A stretch of 64,000 nucleotides of DNA from IMG/VR virus record IMGVR_UViG_3300025896_000021, one strand, 5' to 3'. The notes beneath the pieces were generated by a model, which saw only the letters and a program-made list of their open reading frames with translations, had not been told where the DNA came from and ran no database searches. The position numbers were made by a program, and so were the translations under genes. How positions within the stretch are numbered: position 1 is the first letter of the stretch; the number at the start of each line of letters is the position of its first letter. The stretch comes from a virus (lineage: Duplodnaviria > Heunggongvirae > Uroviricota > Caudoviricetes). Below, piece by piece: positions 38,101 to 46,947 of the stretch.

Positions 38101-39819
38101 ACCTGCATACCACTTAGCGGTGCCGGATATATTGTATGATCTGCCTTGACCACCATTACCACCTGGAGAGGCGCTGCTACCACTTACACCGGCGGACCCA
38201 GCTCCGCCGCCGCCAGCGCCGGTCCAGCTTATTGAGCTAGCTCCACCAGCAAATCCATATCCAATCGCAGACCCTATGCTAGTTTGAGTTGCGGCAGTGG
38301 AGCCGCCGCCACCGCTATTGGGCTCGGCGCGGCCGCCGCCTGAGCCACCGTTCATTGTCGTAGCATCGAATGCAATACCAGATGAACCACCCCCACCCCC
38401 ACCTTGTGCAATATATATACCTAAAGAAGAAATTGAGCCTTTATTTCCGTTACCTTTAGTTGAATTTACAATTGCTGGGCCTCCGGCGCCTACAATAACA
38501 GTGTACTTAGTAGAAATAGCCATTGGTAACTGATCTGCATATAGCAAACCTCCGGCTCCACCGCCGCCGTTCGCATTCGTAGTGTCACTATTGCCACCTG
38601 CGCCGCCGCCTGCTACTACTAATAAATCAATAAATCCGAAGTAAATTACATCAATACCGTTTGATGAAGCAGTAGCAGTTCCTGATGAATCAGTTGCTGA
38701 TACTTCACATCGTACAGTCAAGTTACCATCTGCCATCACTGTAGTATAGGTACTAGCTGTTGCACCACTTATATCGACTCCACCTCGACTCCACTGATAC
38801 GAGTAAGATATTGAGTTGCTACTTGTCCAAGTACCGGTTGTTGCAGTTAATACTCTACCGGTTGCATTATTTCCAGTAATCGCAGGTGCTATGGTATTTA
38901 CCGGGCCAGGTGGTACAGGAAATGTAATTGTACCAGAGGTAGTAAAGGTGTAAATTCTATATCCGCCCGAAATAATTACAGTGGGCGATCCAGTAGTCGT
39001 TGCAACTGGATTATAGCTTCGTTGTCTTATTACGACAATACCAGAGCCACCGGCACCTGAACCGGACGACCAATTGCCGTTGGGAGCCCAGTAAGATCCA
39101 CCTCCGCCACCGCCGCCTGTATTGACAACCGCAGTCGGGATGCCACTACCTAATGTAGTAGTGTTAACTTCGTTAGTGTATGTACTAGCACTATAATAAC
39201 TAGTGGTGCCCGCGCCTCGGCCACCACCATGATAACCATCACCGGCTCTTTCTGAGCTATTGGCTCCACCACCACCGCCACCTGCATACCACTTAGTAGT
39301 GCCGGATATATTGTATGATCTGCCTTGACCGCCGTCACCGCCAGGTGCTACTGAGGCACCACTTACGCCAGCGGCTCCAGCTCCGCCACCGCCGCCGCCA
39401 GTCCAGGCTTGCCCAGCTCCGCCACCAAAACCGTATCCTGTTGCACCCGATATACTTGTTTGCGTTGCGAGGCCAGGACCACCACCACCACCATTCGGGT
39501 ATGCACCACCGCCACCGGAGCCACCATCATTCTGCCCACTACTATAAGCTGTTCCAGACGAAACTCCGCCACCGCCACCTTGTGCAATATATATACCTAA
39601 AGAAGAAATTGAGCCTTTATTTCCATTAGCTGCAACGCCATTTGCAATAGCTGCGCCGCCTGCACCTACAGTAACAGTGTAAGAGGTAGAATATTCTAAT
39701 GAGGTAACTGCTGCATAAAGCAGGCCGCCAGCACCGCCACCGCCGTTTCCATTTGTTGTGGTGTGATTGCCACCAGAGCCACCGCCTGCTACTACGAGAA
39801 AATCAATCGAAATTGCCAC
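35191..39819 (-). CDS. 1542-aa protein of alternating glycine-rich and Ig-like modules (GTG start)
   Basis: AAGGGAA RBS before GTG. Three I[DE]xLVV.GGG...GGSGIVV.R modules alternate with three PVNT..P.I.....GTW....YSYQW Ig-like modules; a fourth Gly-rich module is nested. Confidence 0.88.
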   Translation of the reverse strand: MAISIDFLVVAGGGSGGNHTTTNGNGGGGAGGLLYAAVTSLEYSTSYTVTVGAGGAAIANGVAANGNKGSISSLGIYIAQGGGGGVSSGTAYSSGQNDGGSGGGGAYPNGGGGGPGLATQTSISGATGYGFGGGAGQAWTGGGGGGAGAAGVSGASVAPGGDGGQGRSYNISGTTKWYAGGGGGGANSSERAGDGYHGGGRGAGTTSYYSASTYTNEVNTTTLGSGIPTAVVNTGGGGGGGSYWAPNGNWSSGSGAGGSGIVVIRQRSYNPVATTTGSPTVIISGGYRIYTFTTSGTITFPVPPGPVNTIAPAITGNNATGRVLTATTGTWTSSNSISYSYQWSRGGVDISGATASTYTTVMADGNLTVRCEVSATDSSGTATASSNGIDVIYFGFIDLLVVAGGGAGGNSDTTNANGGGGAGGLLYADQLPMAISTKYTVIVGAGGPAIVNSTKGNGNKGSISSLGIYIAQGGGGGGSSGIAFDATTMNGGSGGGRAEPNSGGGGSTAATQTSIGSAIGYGFAGGASSISWTGAGGGGAGSAGVSGSSASPGGNGGQGRSYNISGTAKWYAGGGGGGGNSSERAGDGYHGGGRGAGTTTYYNYNVYTNEVNATTQGSGIPTAVVNTGGGGGAGSYWATNGGWSSGSGAGGSGIVVVRQQSTFPVAKTTGSPAITISGSYRIYTFTTSGTITLMSPGPVNTVAPVISGTAGVNQVLTATTGTWTSSNSISYSYQWQRGGVNISSATSSTYTTVMADGDTTITCNVIATDIEGGVIETSNSIFVAATGSAYIEYLVVGGGGGGGSDLGGGGGAGGVLAATAPGPGGTAGQRAYTTPGTYTWVAPAGITSVSVVAVGGGGGGGQTWSSGGGGGGGLGWKTAITVVPGQSYTVVVGAGGASLANATTAGAEGGNSYFDALTTVAGYGGGRGGANSTGATPGYGGGYVGDGGGRGGNGAFDGSWNYAGAGAGGYAGRGADSYGGSSTGTAAPAGGGGGAPGYYSSTYGTPAGGGVGILGQGASGAATGNGTSGGKGGSGGADGNPGEAGGSSTSTKGTITGGAYGGGGGGSGTSTGGGMGGGGAVRIVWGPTRAYPAISVDVASPADPLYLQKGRYVITVGAGGTGSPAGATSLPGSSGGKSSFSNIIAYGGGAGGSAGGAAQSGGSGGGGSSVYLTAGLGTTDQGNRGGAGLLNYPGGGGGAGGSGQNTPGNGGIGLINAILGTSYYWGGGGGGAGYSGNAGTGGAGGGGGGAPSVSGGGAAGTGGISTGTAGGAGTLSSQSNVPGGNGGASTGGGGGGGSYYNATNAGGTGGSGIVVIRYPDSYPEALAALNVDAGYPVVTGGYRIYKWSSSGVFQTGTAGAPVNTVVPSISVSSGSVTNGLANAVLLCNPGTWTGDATIVYSYQWNVNGVNISGSTNNTYTTLLTDGFKTLSCIVTATNSVDSSIVAASNGLFVLINGFASIDIGDGFGPKQTLLTATNPESNTTLTESITVIASAAASRVIGDDFTNLSTVTPLSATTYAATDGSPILSSETSTVTNQQYWS
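37600..39810 (-). repeat. ~1.2-kb tandem duplication (Gly-rich + Ig-like unit) inside the 1542-aa gene
   Basis: Near-identical DNA blocks, e.g. gatattgagttgctacttgtccaagtaccggttgttgcagttaatact near 37631 and 38808, and ccgcctgtattgacaaccgcagtcgggatgccact near 37934 and 39113. Confidence 0.9.
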
Positions 39820-39833
39820 AAAATTCCCTTACT

Positions 39834-41273
39834 TTACGCGACTCTAACTAACCACATGTCGTCATTGAGTACAAAGGGCAAGTAAGCATCACCATTAATA
39901 TTGAATGTCTGATTTGCCGCTTGCCAATACAATTTCATAGTTGCATAGGGCATACTTAAACTTTTATATATTCCTCGGCACGCACCGCCTGGATTCCAGG
40001 CACCGTTAAAACATCTACTAATTTTAATAGGATATGCTCCCGGAACTTGCATCCCAGTTGTAGTATCATACTGTGGCATATATAGCATATTGAGACTATT
40101 ACCCGTTTCACCGTTAAAGTAGGAACCGCCCATTGATCTAGTAGTAAAAAGTGGACCATCTAACATTTTATAGGCCGTGGAATAAGAATTAGGTTGCCAA
40201 CCAACTTCACTACTGTTTCTACCACCAGAATTTATATTACTGCCGAAAAATAAAGGGTTCATGTAAGTATTAGTTGTTACATAAATCTGTGCAGTTGTTG
40301 TTACTATCCCGCTATTGTTAATAGTTGCCATTGAAGCTGCTACTTGATTGTGTGAGTAAGGTTGACCGGTGGTGCCAGCTGCTGTTGCTCCTGTATCTCC
40401 TGTATGTTGCCAACATGTCCATGGTACATTGTTTGTTAATGTGTTTTCCCAAGGCTGAGTTTCACGCAGACCCATGTAATAAATACTGGCCCATCTAGCA
40501 TTACCCCAACCAGTAGTACCATTGCCTAGTGTAGTAGTATTAAAATACCCAGTAGCATATGAGTCGCCCACTTTGCTTTCCCAAATAATGCAGTAATCAG
40601 CAGTTATTGCCATGTGATACTGTATCGAAATGTCAGTATAGACTAACCCAGGGCCCTGATTGTATGTATTGCCAGCGGCGTGGGTATTTTGATTTAATGT
40701 GTATGATGTTGATTGAATATCCGGTCTATTTGGTTGGGTAGTATTAACCCCGCCCCCAGGTGGAAATGTAGTAGAGGTCCAATCTGTGCTGCTACTTGCC
40801 CCAAAGGTAATTAACATATTAGCAGCTTTATTGACAGTAATGGCTGTTTTACTTGTTCCACCGTACCCTTGGGCCCAGGCGATGCCATCGATATTTTCAT
40901 TATAACTATGAAAACATAGTTTTTTATACGGGAATGTACTTTTTCCCGAAGCATTGTAAAAATCAGCTTTATACAAATATGACGCAGCAGTTGGTAGTGC
41001 AGTATACGCTGCTGGAGTATTTGATAAAGATGATATCACATTGTGGCTGGCACTAGTGATCCACCCACCTGCTTCGGTATTTGAGTCAATGCTAATGATA
41101 CAGTTTTTAGTAGTGTCAATTGTATTACTAGCTGTAAATGGATTAACTGTTAGTGAAGTAGTTCCTGCAGCGGCCGTAGCAATTGCTGTAACGCATCGCA
41201 AAAAGTTCATGTAACATGCAGTTACATCCGTTGCTGAGGCGTTGTTAATTGTTGGTTGAAAGGTAACTATCAT
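39834..41273 (-). CDS. 479-aa hypothetical virion-associated protein
   Basis: Long ORF starting 4 bp after the upstream stop; aromatic/Asn/Thr-rich globular sequence; no family recognised. Confidence 0.8.
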   Translation of the reverse strand: MIVTFQPTINNASATDVTACYMNFLRCVTAIATAAAGTTSLTVNPFTASNTIDTTKNCIISIDSNTEAGGWITSASHNVISSLSNTPAAYTALPTAASYLYKADFYNASGKSTFPYKKLCFHSYNENIDGIAWAQGYGGTSKTAITVNKAANMLITFGASSSTDWTSTTFPPGGGVNTTQPNRPDIQSTSYTLNQNTHAAGNTYNQGPGLVYTDISIQYHMAITADYCIIWESKVGDSYATGYFNTTTLGNGTTGWGNARWASIYYMGLRETQPWENTLTNNVPWTCWQHTGDTGATAAGTTGQPYSHNQVAASMATINNSGIVTTTAQIYVTTNTYMNPLFFGSNINSGGRNSSEVGWQPNSYSTAYKMLDGPLFTTRSMGGSYFNGETGNSLNMLYMPQYDTTTGMQVPGAYPIKISRCFNGAWNPGGACRGIYKSLSMPYATMKLYWQAANQTFNINGDAYLPFVLNDDMWLVRVA

Positions 41274-41277
41274 AATT

Positions 41278-42117
41278 TTAATCCACTAATAAAGAAATAT
41301 CATTAACTGTCAATCTATAAAAATTAGAAGCATCTTTATAAATTTGCACTCCACTAAAACTTAAGTAAGGAATACGGTAACACCCGTACATTAAGTTAGT
41401 GGCACCTGAAGAAGTAGTAAATAACGGGTTTTCAAATATAACAGTTATTCCTTTGCCTCCGGATTTGCGCGAAGTTTGTGCACCAGTTATACCCGAAGTT
41501 ACCGTGGAGTAACTAGCAGTATCATAATTGTACGTGTATGGGATCGTGCCTCCGGTATTTGCAAAAACACCTTGACTTAGTACTCCCCAATTTGGGACAT
41601 TACCAAAGTCTTGCAACATCATAAGCATACTATTGGTATATGCACGAGTAGTGCTACTGTGACCTATGTCAACGATACCAATCATTGAGCCACTTTGAGG
41701 AGCAATAAACACTAGCACCTTATTGGTAACAATAATATCAATACCGTTTTGTAGTGATGAGTTAAAAGTAAACATTTGCATGTTCACGGTAACGGCTGAA
41801 CTGTTTACTAAAGTGTCGGTTCCGCTAGTATAACTCTGCGCTAGGCTCAACGTGGTCATTTTAGTTGAATCAAAGGTCAATCTAAAATAATGTGTGTATC
41901 CAGTGATACTGTTATGCGCTTTGCTATATGTGTATGTTCCTGCATTTACTTTATTGTAAATTGCCGGGGTATATGCTCCGTATACCGAGCAGTTTGGTTT
42001 GTCTGCACCCGAACTCAAATCGGCTGTTGTAACAATGTTACCAAGAATGATGTTATTAATATCATCCTTGAAGTTTTGTATTGTACATGAACTGTTTAAT
42101 CTATATCTTACTAGCAT
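41278..42117 (-). CDS. 279-aa hypothetical virion-associated protein
   Basis: ORF tightly packed between neighbours; loose N- and C-terminal resemblance to the 479-aa protein. Confidence 0.8.
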   Translation of the reverse strand: MLVRYRLNSSCTIQNFKDDINNIILGNIVTTADLSSGADKPNCSVYGAYTPAIYNKVNAGTYTYSKAHNSITGYTHYFRLTFDSTKMTTLSLAQSYTSGTDTLVNSSAVTVNMQMFTFNSSLQNGIDIIVTNKVLVFIAPQSGSMIGIVDIGHSSTTRAYTNSMLMMLQDFGNVPNWGVLSQGVFANTGGTIPYTYNYDTASYSTVTSGITGAQTSRKSGGKGITVIFENPLFTTSSGATNLMYGCYRIPYLSFSGVQIYKDASNFYRLTVNDISLLVD

Positions 42118-42120
42118 GGG

Positions 42121-42432
42121 TTACCCTTCTGTTGGGGGTGTTGATTCTTCAGCAACTGGTAATTGCTCAATCACTATATCCGGAATCAGATCAGTAATCA
42201 ATTCAAAATCTGTTGAGTTATTGAGATTTTCAACTGAGTTAGCATAAATCACAGTTACATTAAATATTGGTAATTCAATTACTATTGTATTCAATAAATT
42301 AGTAGCCACTGAGATGGCAAACGCATCAGTTATATAATGCGCTGTGCTTTCTCCATCAGGGACGGTGCCGGCGTATCTATATACATATCCGTGAGTTGCT
42401 TGGAATAGTCGCTGAAAAAAATCTTTATTCAT
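42121..42432 (-). CDS. Small acidic protein (103 aa), candidate chaperone
   Basis: ORF with GATAAATA 5 nt upstream; acidic, Pro-rich C-terminus like the other small partner genes. Confidence 0.7.
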   Translation of the reverse strand: MNKDFFQRLFQATHGYVYRYAGTVPDGESTAHYITDAFAISVATNLLNTIVIELPIFNVTVIYANSVENLNNSTDFELITDLIPDIVIEQLPVAEESTPPTEG

Positions 42433-42437
42433 ATGTA

Positions 42438-42445
42438 TATTTATC
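42438..42445 (-). promoter_or_regulatory. Putative T4-late-like promoter GATAAATA
   Basis: Fills most of a 13-bp gap; 5 nt before the ATG at 42432. Confidence 0.62.
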
Positions 42446-45400
42446 TTAGTAAGAGTACTTGAGTTTAATGCTCAAATCAGAGCCATTAACGCCTGTAATA
42501 TCTAATGTCAGGTAATCTGCGGTAGTCAATGTAACATTCACTGAAACCGGAGTCATAACAACCCCTGACATTGTAAATGTAGTTCCTATACTAACGCCGT
42601 TCTTTTTAATAATAAAAGTAAAATTACCAGCTGGGGCAGTACCCAAATTTGCATATACCGTAGTTATGACAATAGTACTGACCGGGTAATATCTAGCTGT
42701 TCCGGTTACCGGAGCAGTTATAGATCCGGGCATGTTCAAGTTCACATAAACCGGTGGGGCTGTCACTGTTGCAGATTTTGTATTTCTCCACTGCGTGCCA
42801 TTCCATAGATAGATAGTATCAGAATCGGACGAGTAACTAATGTCACCAACTTTGTTACCAACTAATGGGAGATAGCTTGCATCTTCTACGATAGTAACAC
42901 TTGGTACAACAACTACGCCATCGCCTGCGACTAATGTTGCAGTACCAGCTACTTCACGAATCTTATTCTTAAAGCTAGGTGTATTTTCTACATAGGTAGC
43001 CAAGTCTTGCGGTACGAATTTTCCAACAGAGGCGTCGTATACCACGCACATTTGATTTACTAAACTTGGAATAGGACGAATCTCAATCGGAGTCTTGTGC
43101 CCTTCGCCACCATGTTGTATGTATAAAACATAGTTACCGTCAATATTAGTCTCTACTGCTAATGGCTTAATAGTAATCGCGCCTCGTCTAGCAAAAGTAG
43201 TTGCTGACTGATAATAAAGCGTAGTTGGTGCTCCAACTGGTACAGTAAAGACTAGTGTTGTTTTACCCACTGAGCCGTTATTCCTGCTACCAGTAACACC
43301 AGTAGTGTACTCACCGAAGTAAGCATTTGCTACCCAATTTGTTCCATTGTCTGTAGTCAAGTATAACGGGTCGTTAACTAGATCACTAGCTAAGTTGAAT
43401 GTGTAAGTACCTGTCTCTCGCACAGGGCCTAGATTTTTGTTAGGATATCCAGCCGAGGGGCTAGCAATAGTATATACATCCGGTGTGCTCGCACTAATCG
43501 AATAAGATACAATAGGTGCAACAAGTGTAGGTGGAGTTACTACTTCCGGTACTGAAATATTATATCGTTGCACTGAAGTCGATGCACCACCGTTGATATC
43601 GGGATGTGTCATCGAGACATTACCGGCAGCTACTGCCCAACTTACATTGTTTTGTGACCCTGCGCCGTCGATCCATTTTAGTGCTACACCATGTCGCTGT
43701 GTCATATTACCAGTTTGCTCATTAGCAAAGTTGTTAAGCTGATATAAGCCTTTTTTATACATTGGTACGCTTACTTGCGGGCTGTTCGTGATAGTTGTAC
43801 GAGCATACGGTAATGTACTAGTTGCCCAAGTCCACAACCAAGGAATGTCTGAACCGGGTTCAGGTGCAGCAATTTGAATTTCTAATACTTCAGGTGCAAT
43901 GACTAGATTGAATGGGAATACATTTGCAGATGAGAATGGGGTATTACCTAAATAGATTGTACTGTTACTTAGATATAGGTCTTTCCAACGTTGTGTAGGA
44001 CTTCCAATATCATACGTGATATTCGCAGAAGGTAAAAGATTACCTGTAATATTGCCTGAAATACTGAGACTAGTTAATGTACCTACACTAGTGATATTTG
44101 GTTGAGCATTGGTGTATACAGTAGATGCAGCAGCAATTTGTCCGGGCACAATAGTAGTTACTTCTATCAATGCACCATTCACGGGTGCATCAGTAAAAGT
44201 CAGTGTCGTACCACTCACTCCGTATGCTTGTCTTAGTTGTGATACACCATCGATGTTAACTGATACATATTTAATATTACCTGGAGCCACACTCATCGTG
44301 TATGCAGTTTGAACACCATTAGCCGTGAAGTTATCTACTGATACATCACCTGCAGTTACTGTAGCAGATGCTGGTGCTGCCCATGTCAAGTTTCCAGTAC
44401 CGTCAGTTTGCAACGTATAATTAGCATTACCACCCGATATATGTACATTACCAATATTACCCAATGTTACTGACCCAGTGACGGTAAGGCTGGTCAATGT
44501 ACCGATGCTAGTAATATTAGGTTGACTATTAGTTACTACACTTCCGACAAAGTTTGCATAATTAGAATTAGTAGCAGTAGTAGCAATAAGTCCAGTTAAT
44601 TGACTACCGTTACCAATGTAAAAGTTAGCTGATACATTACCAGTAACGTCTAAACTAGTTAATGTACCTACACTAGTGATATTTGGTTGAGCATTTGTAT
44701 ATACTGTACCCGTTACTAGAGCATTCGCTACTTGACCCATTACATTAGCACCTGCTACTGCATTAGCTGTAGCTGCATAAGTAACTGCTCCGATTACATT
44801 AGCACCTGCTACTGCATTAGCTGTAGCTGCATAGCTAACTTGACCAGTAACGTTTCCACCTTGAATATTACTTAATAAATTACCACTACCAGTAAAGTAG
44901 TTTGCACTAACATTATTACCAAGACTTGCATTACCACTAGCAATGTTGCCAGTAACGTCTAAACTAGTTAATGTACCTACACTAGTGATATTTGGTTGAG
45001 CATTCGTGTATACTGTGGCCGCAACAAGGGCATTACCGACTTGACCTATTACATTGCCACCGGTTATATTAGTTATACCAGAACCATTAGTAACTAAGTT
45101 AGTAACAGTAAGAGTGTTGGTTGTTTTGTCAAAAGTTAGATTGCCGCTAGCAGCAAAGCTACCCGCATCATTAAATTGAACTTGAGTATTAGTGCCGGCT
45201 ACAGAAGTTGTAGTTCCCATTGACCATGCTGTACCATTTGCGTACAGTAAGTGGTCCGTTTTGATGTTACCAGCAGTAACATTGCTAGTGACAGATAGAT
45301 TTCCTAATGTACCTACACTAGTAATGTTAGGTTGACTAGTAGTTATTAATGTGCCTGTTACGTAATTTGCAGTTGCGAGATTACCTAAGTTAGCATTAGC

Positions 45401-45490
45401 TGATGTTAAATTCCCCGTAACGGTGACATTACCAAACACAAAGTCTTGTGTACTATCTACTACGGAGGGTTTTATTTTTTGTAATGCCAT
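42446..45490 (-). CDS. 1014-aa fibre protein with FTxxG domain, cupredoxin-like domain and C-terminal beta-sandwich
   Basis: MALQKIKP start; QPNITSVGTL repeats; VDNFTANG; LLPSANITYDIGSPTQRWKDLYL; TYTFNL...FTVPVGAPTTLYYQ. Confidence 0.88.
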   Translation of the reverse strand: MALQKIKPSVVDSTQDFVFGNVTVTGNLTSANANLGNLATANYVTGTLITTSQPNITSVGTLGNLSVTSNVTAGNIKTDHLLYANGTAWSMGTTTSVAGTNTQVQFNDAGSFAASGNLTFDKTTNTLTVTNLVTNGSGITNITGGNVIGQVGNALVAATVYTNAQPNITSVGTLTSLDVTGNIASGNASLGNNVSANYFTGSGNLLSNIQGGNVTGQVSYAATANAVAGANVIGAVTYAATANAVAGANVMGQVANALVTGTVYTNAQPNITSVGTLTSLDVTGNVSANFYIGNGSQLTGLIATTATNSNYANFVGSVVTNSQPNITSIGTLTSLTVTGSVTLGNIGNVHISGGNANYTLQTDGTGNLTWAAPASATVTAGDVSVDNFTANGVQTAYTMSVAPGNIKYVSVNIDGVSQLRQAYGVSGTTLTFTDAPVNGALIEVTTIVPGQIAAASTVYTNAQPNITSVGTLTSLSISGNITGNLLPSANITYDIGSPTQRWKDLYLSNSTIYLGNTPFSSANVFPFNLVIAPEVLEIQIAAPEPGSDIPWLWTWATSTLPYARTTITNSPQVSVPMYKKGLYQLNNFANEQTGNMTQRHGVALKWIDGAGSQNNVSWAVAAGNVSMTHPDINGGASTSVQRYNISVPEVVTPPTLVAPIVSYSISASTPDVYTIASPSAGYPNKNLGPVRETGTYTFNLASDLVNDPLYLTTDNGTNWVANAYFGEYTTGVTGSRNNGSVGKTTLVFTVPVGAPTTLYYQSATTFARRGAITIKPLAVETNIDGNYVLYIQHGGEGHKTPIEIRPIPSLVNQMCVVYDASVGKFVPQDLATYVENTPSFKNKIREVAGTATLVAGDGVVVVPSVTIVEDASYLPLVGNKVGDISYSSDSDTIYLWNGTQWRNTKSATVTAPPVYVNLNMPGSITAPVTGTARYYPVSTIVITTVYANLGTAPAGNFTFIIKKNGVSIGTTFTMSGVVMTPVSVNVTLTTADYLTLDITGVNGSDLSIKLKYSY

Positions 45491-45495
45491 ACTTG

Positions 45496-45503
45496 TATTT
45501 AGC
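45496..45503 (-). promoter_or_regulatory. Putative late promoter GCTAAATA
   Basis: 5 nt before the ATG at 45490; no SD visible. Confidence 0.58.
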
Positions 45504-45509
45504 TAACCC

Positions 45510-46880
45510 TTAAAACGTGATTGAACCGCTAGCTGTAAATTTGTATGTTCTATAACCACCGGCTACAGTAACAGTTGGACTACCTGTTGTTGAAGTAGCT
45601 GTTGGGCTTATATCTGAGTAACGTAAAATAACAACACCAGACCCACCGTGGCCTGACCCGTTATCACTACCGTTACCACCGTTACCAGTATTTGCAGGTT
45701 GAGCAACGCCGCCGCCGCCATTACCACCAACTGCATAGTAGTTTCCTGAAGCAGTAGGCCATTCATAACCCGCGCCTCCAGTAGCACTCGTGGATGCTGC
45801 ACCTTTACCTCCGCCGCCACCTGCGTAATATGCGCCTGTACTAGCAGCACCAGCATTACCTTGACCTGCTGTCCCTGCGCCACCTGCTTGACCACCATAC
45901 CAGCCGCCTCCGCCACCAGAGCCGCCGGCTGCGCCGCTTGTTGCCTGGTTTGCGCCGCCACCGCCACCACTAGACGTAGTTGGCCCAAATGTACTAGAGC
46001 CTCCGCTAGCGGCCTTGCTCCCGTTGTCGCCGAACGCGACCCCGCCTGCACCAATCGTTACTGTATACGGTGTTCCTGGTGCAGCTTGAAATCCTGTTAC
46101 AACAATCATACCACCTGCGCCGCCGCCACCACCAACGTTGGTTCCACCTGCACCGCCACCTGCGACTACTATATAATCAACTGAAGTTACCGCAGTTACC
46201 GTAATACTGAAATTTCTATCAGTATCTTGTTTTTCTGCATCAGTTGCACGTATCGTAAAGTTATATACAGTAGAATTACCAACTGTACCTGCTGTCCCTG
46301 AGATAACGCCACTGCTGGCATTTAAACTAAAACCAGTAGGTAATGTACCTGAGTATACACTGTAAGTAACTGTAGTATCGCTTGTAGCGGCAACAGTAAA
46401 ACTACCACTAGCACTACCAGCAACACTTCCCAGCGTGCCAGCAGCAGTAGACCATGCAGGTACACCTGAGTACTGTAATCCTGATACATACAACGCACTT
46501 GCACCGTCTGCATTAACTACCGCTAATGAATAGTTGCCTGCAGTTTTTGCTGGTGCAACAAATGTGACTTGAGTTGAATTTACTACGGTTGTAACTCCCA
46601 CGATAGTTCCACCTACGTATACTGATGCGCCTGCACCAAATCCAGATCCGTTAACGGTAATAGTTTTACCGCCTGCTGAATCAGTTGCAGTATCATCTCC
46701 GCCATATGATATGGCCGACACTCTAGGTGCCACTGCATTAGTAGAATTTAAAGTGGTACCATTTAAACTAATGTTACCGCTCATGTAGAGATTACCATAT
46801 TTGTTAGATGGACTACCAAGATCGGTGTTAGAGACTGGAACTATGATACTAGAATTTTTTAGTGAGTGATAATTTGCCAT
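45510..46880 (-). CDS. 456-aa tip/adhesin-like protein: IPT/TIG, Ig-like and glycine-rich domains
   Basis: AGGKTITVNGSGF, LPTGFSLNASSGVISGT, VDYIVVAGGG...GGYRTYKFTASGSITF. N-terminal half parallels the 1875-aa protein. Confidence 0.88.
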   Translation of the reverse strand: MANYHSLKNSSIIVPVSNTDLGSPSNKYGNLYMSGNISLNGTTLNSTNAVAPRVSAISYGGDDTATDSAGGKTITVNGSGFGAGASVYVGGTIVGVTTVVNSTQVTFVAPAKTAGNYSLAVVNADGASALYVSGLQYSGVPAWSTAAGTLGSVAGSASGSFTVAATSDTTVTYSVYSGTLPTGFSLNASSGVISGTAGTVGNSTVYNFTIRATDAEKQDTDRNFSITVTAVTSVDYIVVAGGGAGGTNVGGGGGAGGMIVVTGFQAAPGTPYTVTIGAGGVAFGDNGSKAASGGSSTFGPTTSSGGGGGANQATSGAAGGSGGGGGWYGGQAGGAGTAGQGNAGAASTGAYYAGGGGGKGAASTSATGGAGYEWPTASGNYYAVGGNGGGGVAQPANTGNGGNGSDNGSGHGGSGVVILRYSDISPTATSTTGSPTVTVAGGYRTYKFTASGSITF

Positions 46881-46902
46881 TTTTATTCTTCTTTTAATTA
46901 AG

Positions 46903-46933
46903 TAGTATCGGGCACCCCGGCACCTCGATACTA
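46903..46933 (-). other. Intergenic RNA stem-loop (attenuator or processing/stability element)
   Basis: Minus strand reads UAGUAUCG-A-GGUGC-CGGG-GUGCC-CGAUACUA: a perfect 8-bp outer stem plus an inner stem with two G-U pairs. No U-tract. Confidence 0.6.
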
Positions 46934-46947
46934 TGCCATACGTAGTA

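Noticed and set aside
37600-39810. Duplicated modules as a DGR template/variable repeat pair
   Set aside because: Both copies are in-frame parts of one gene, differences include indels and are not adenine-specific, and no reverse transcriptase is in the window.
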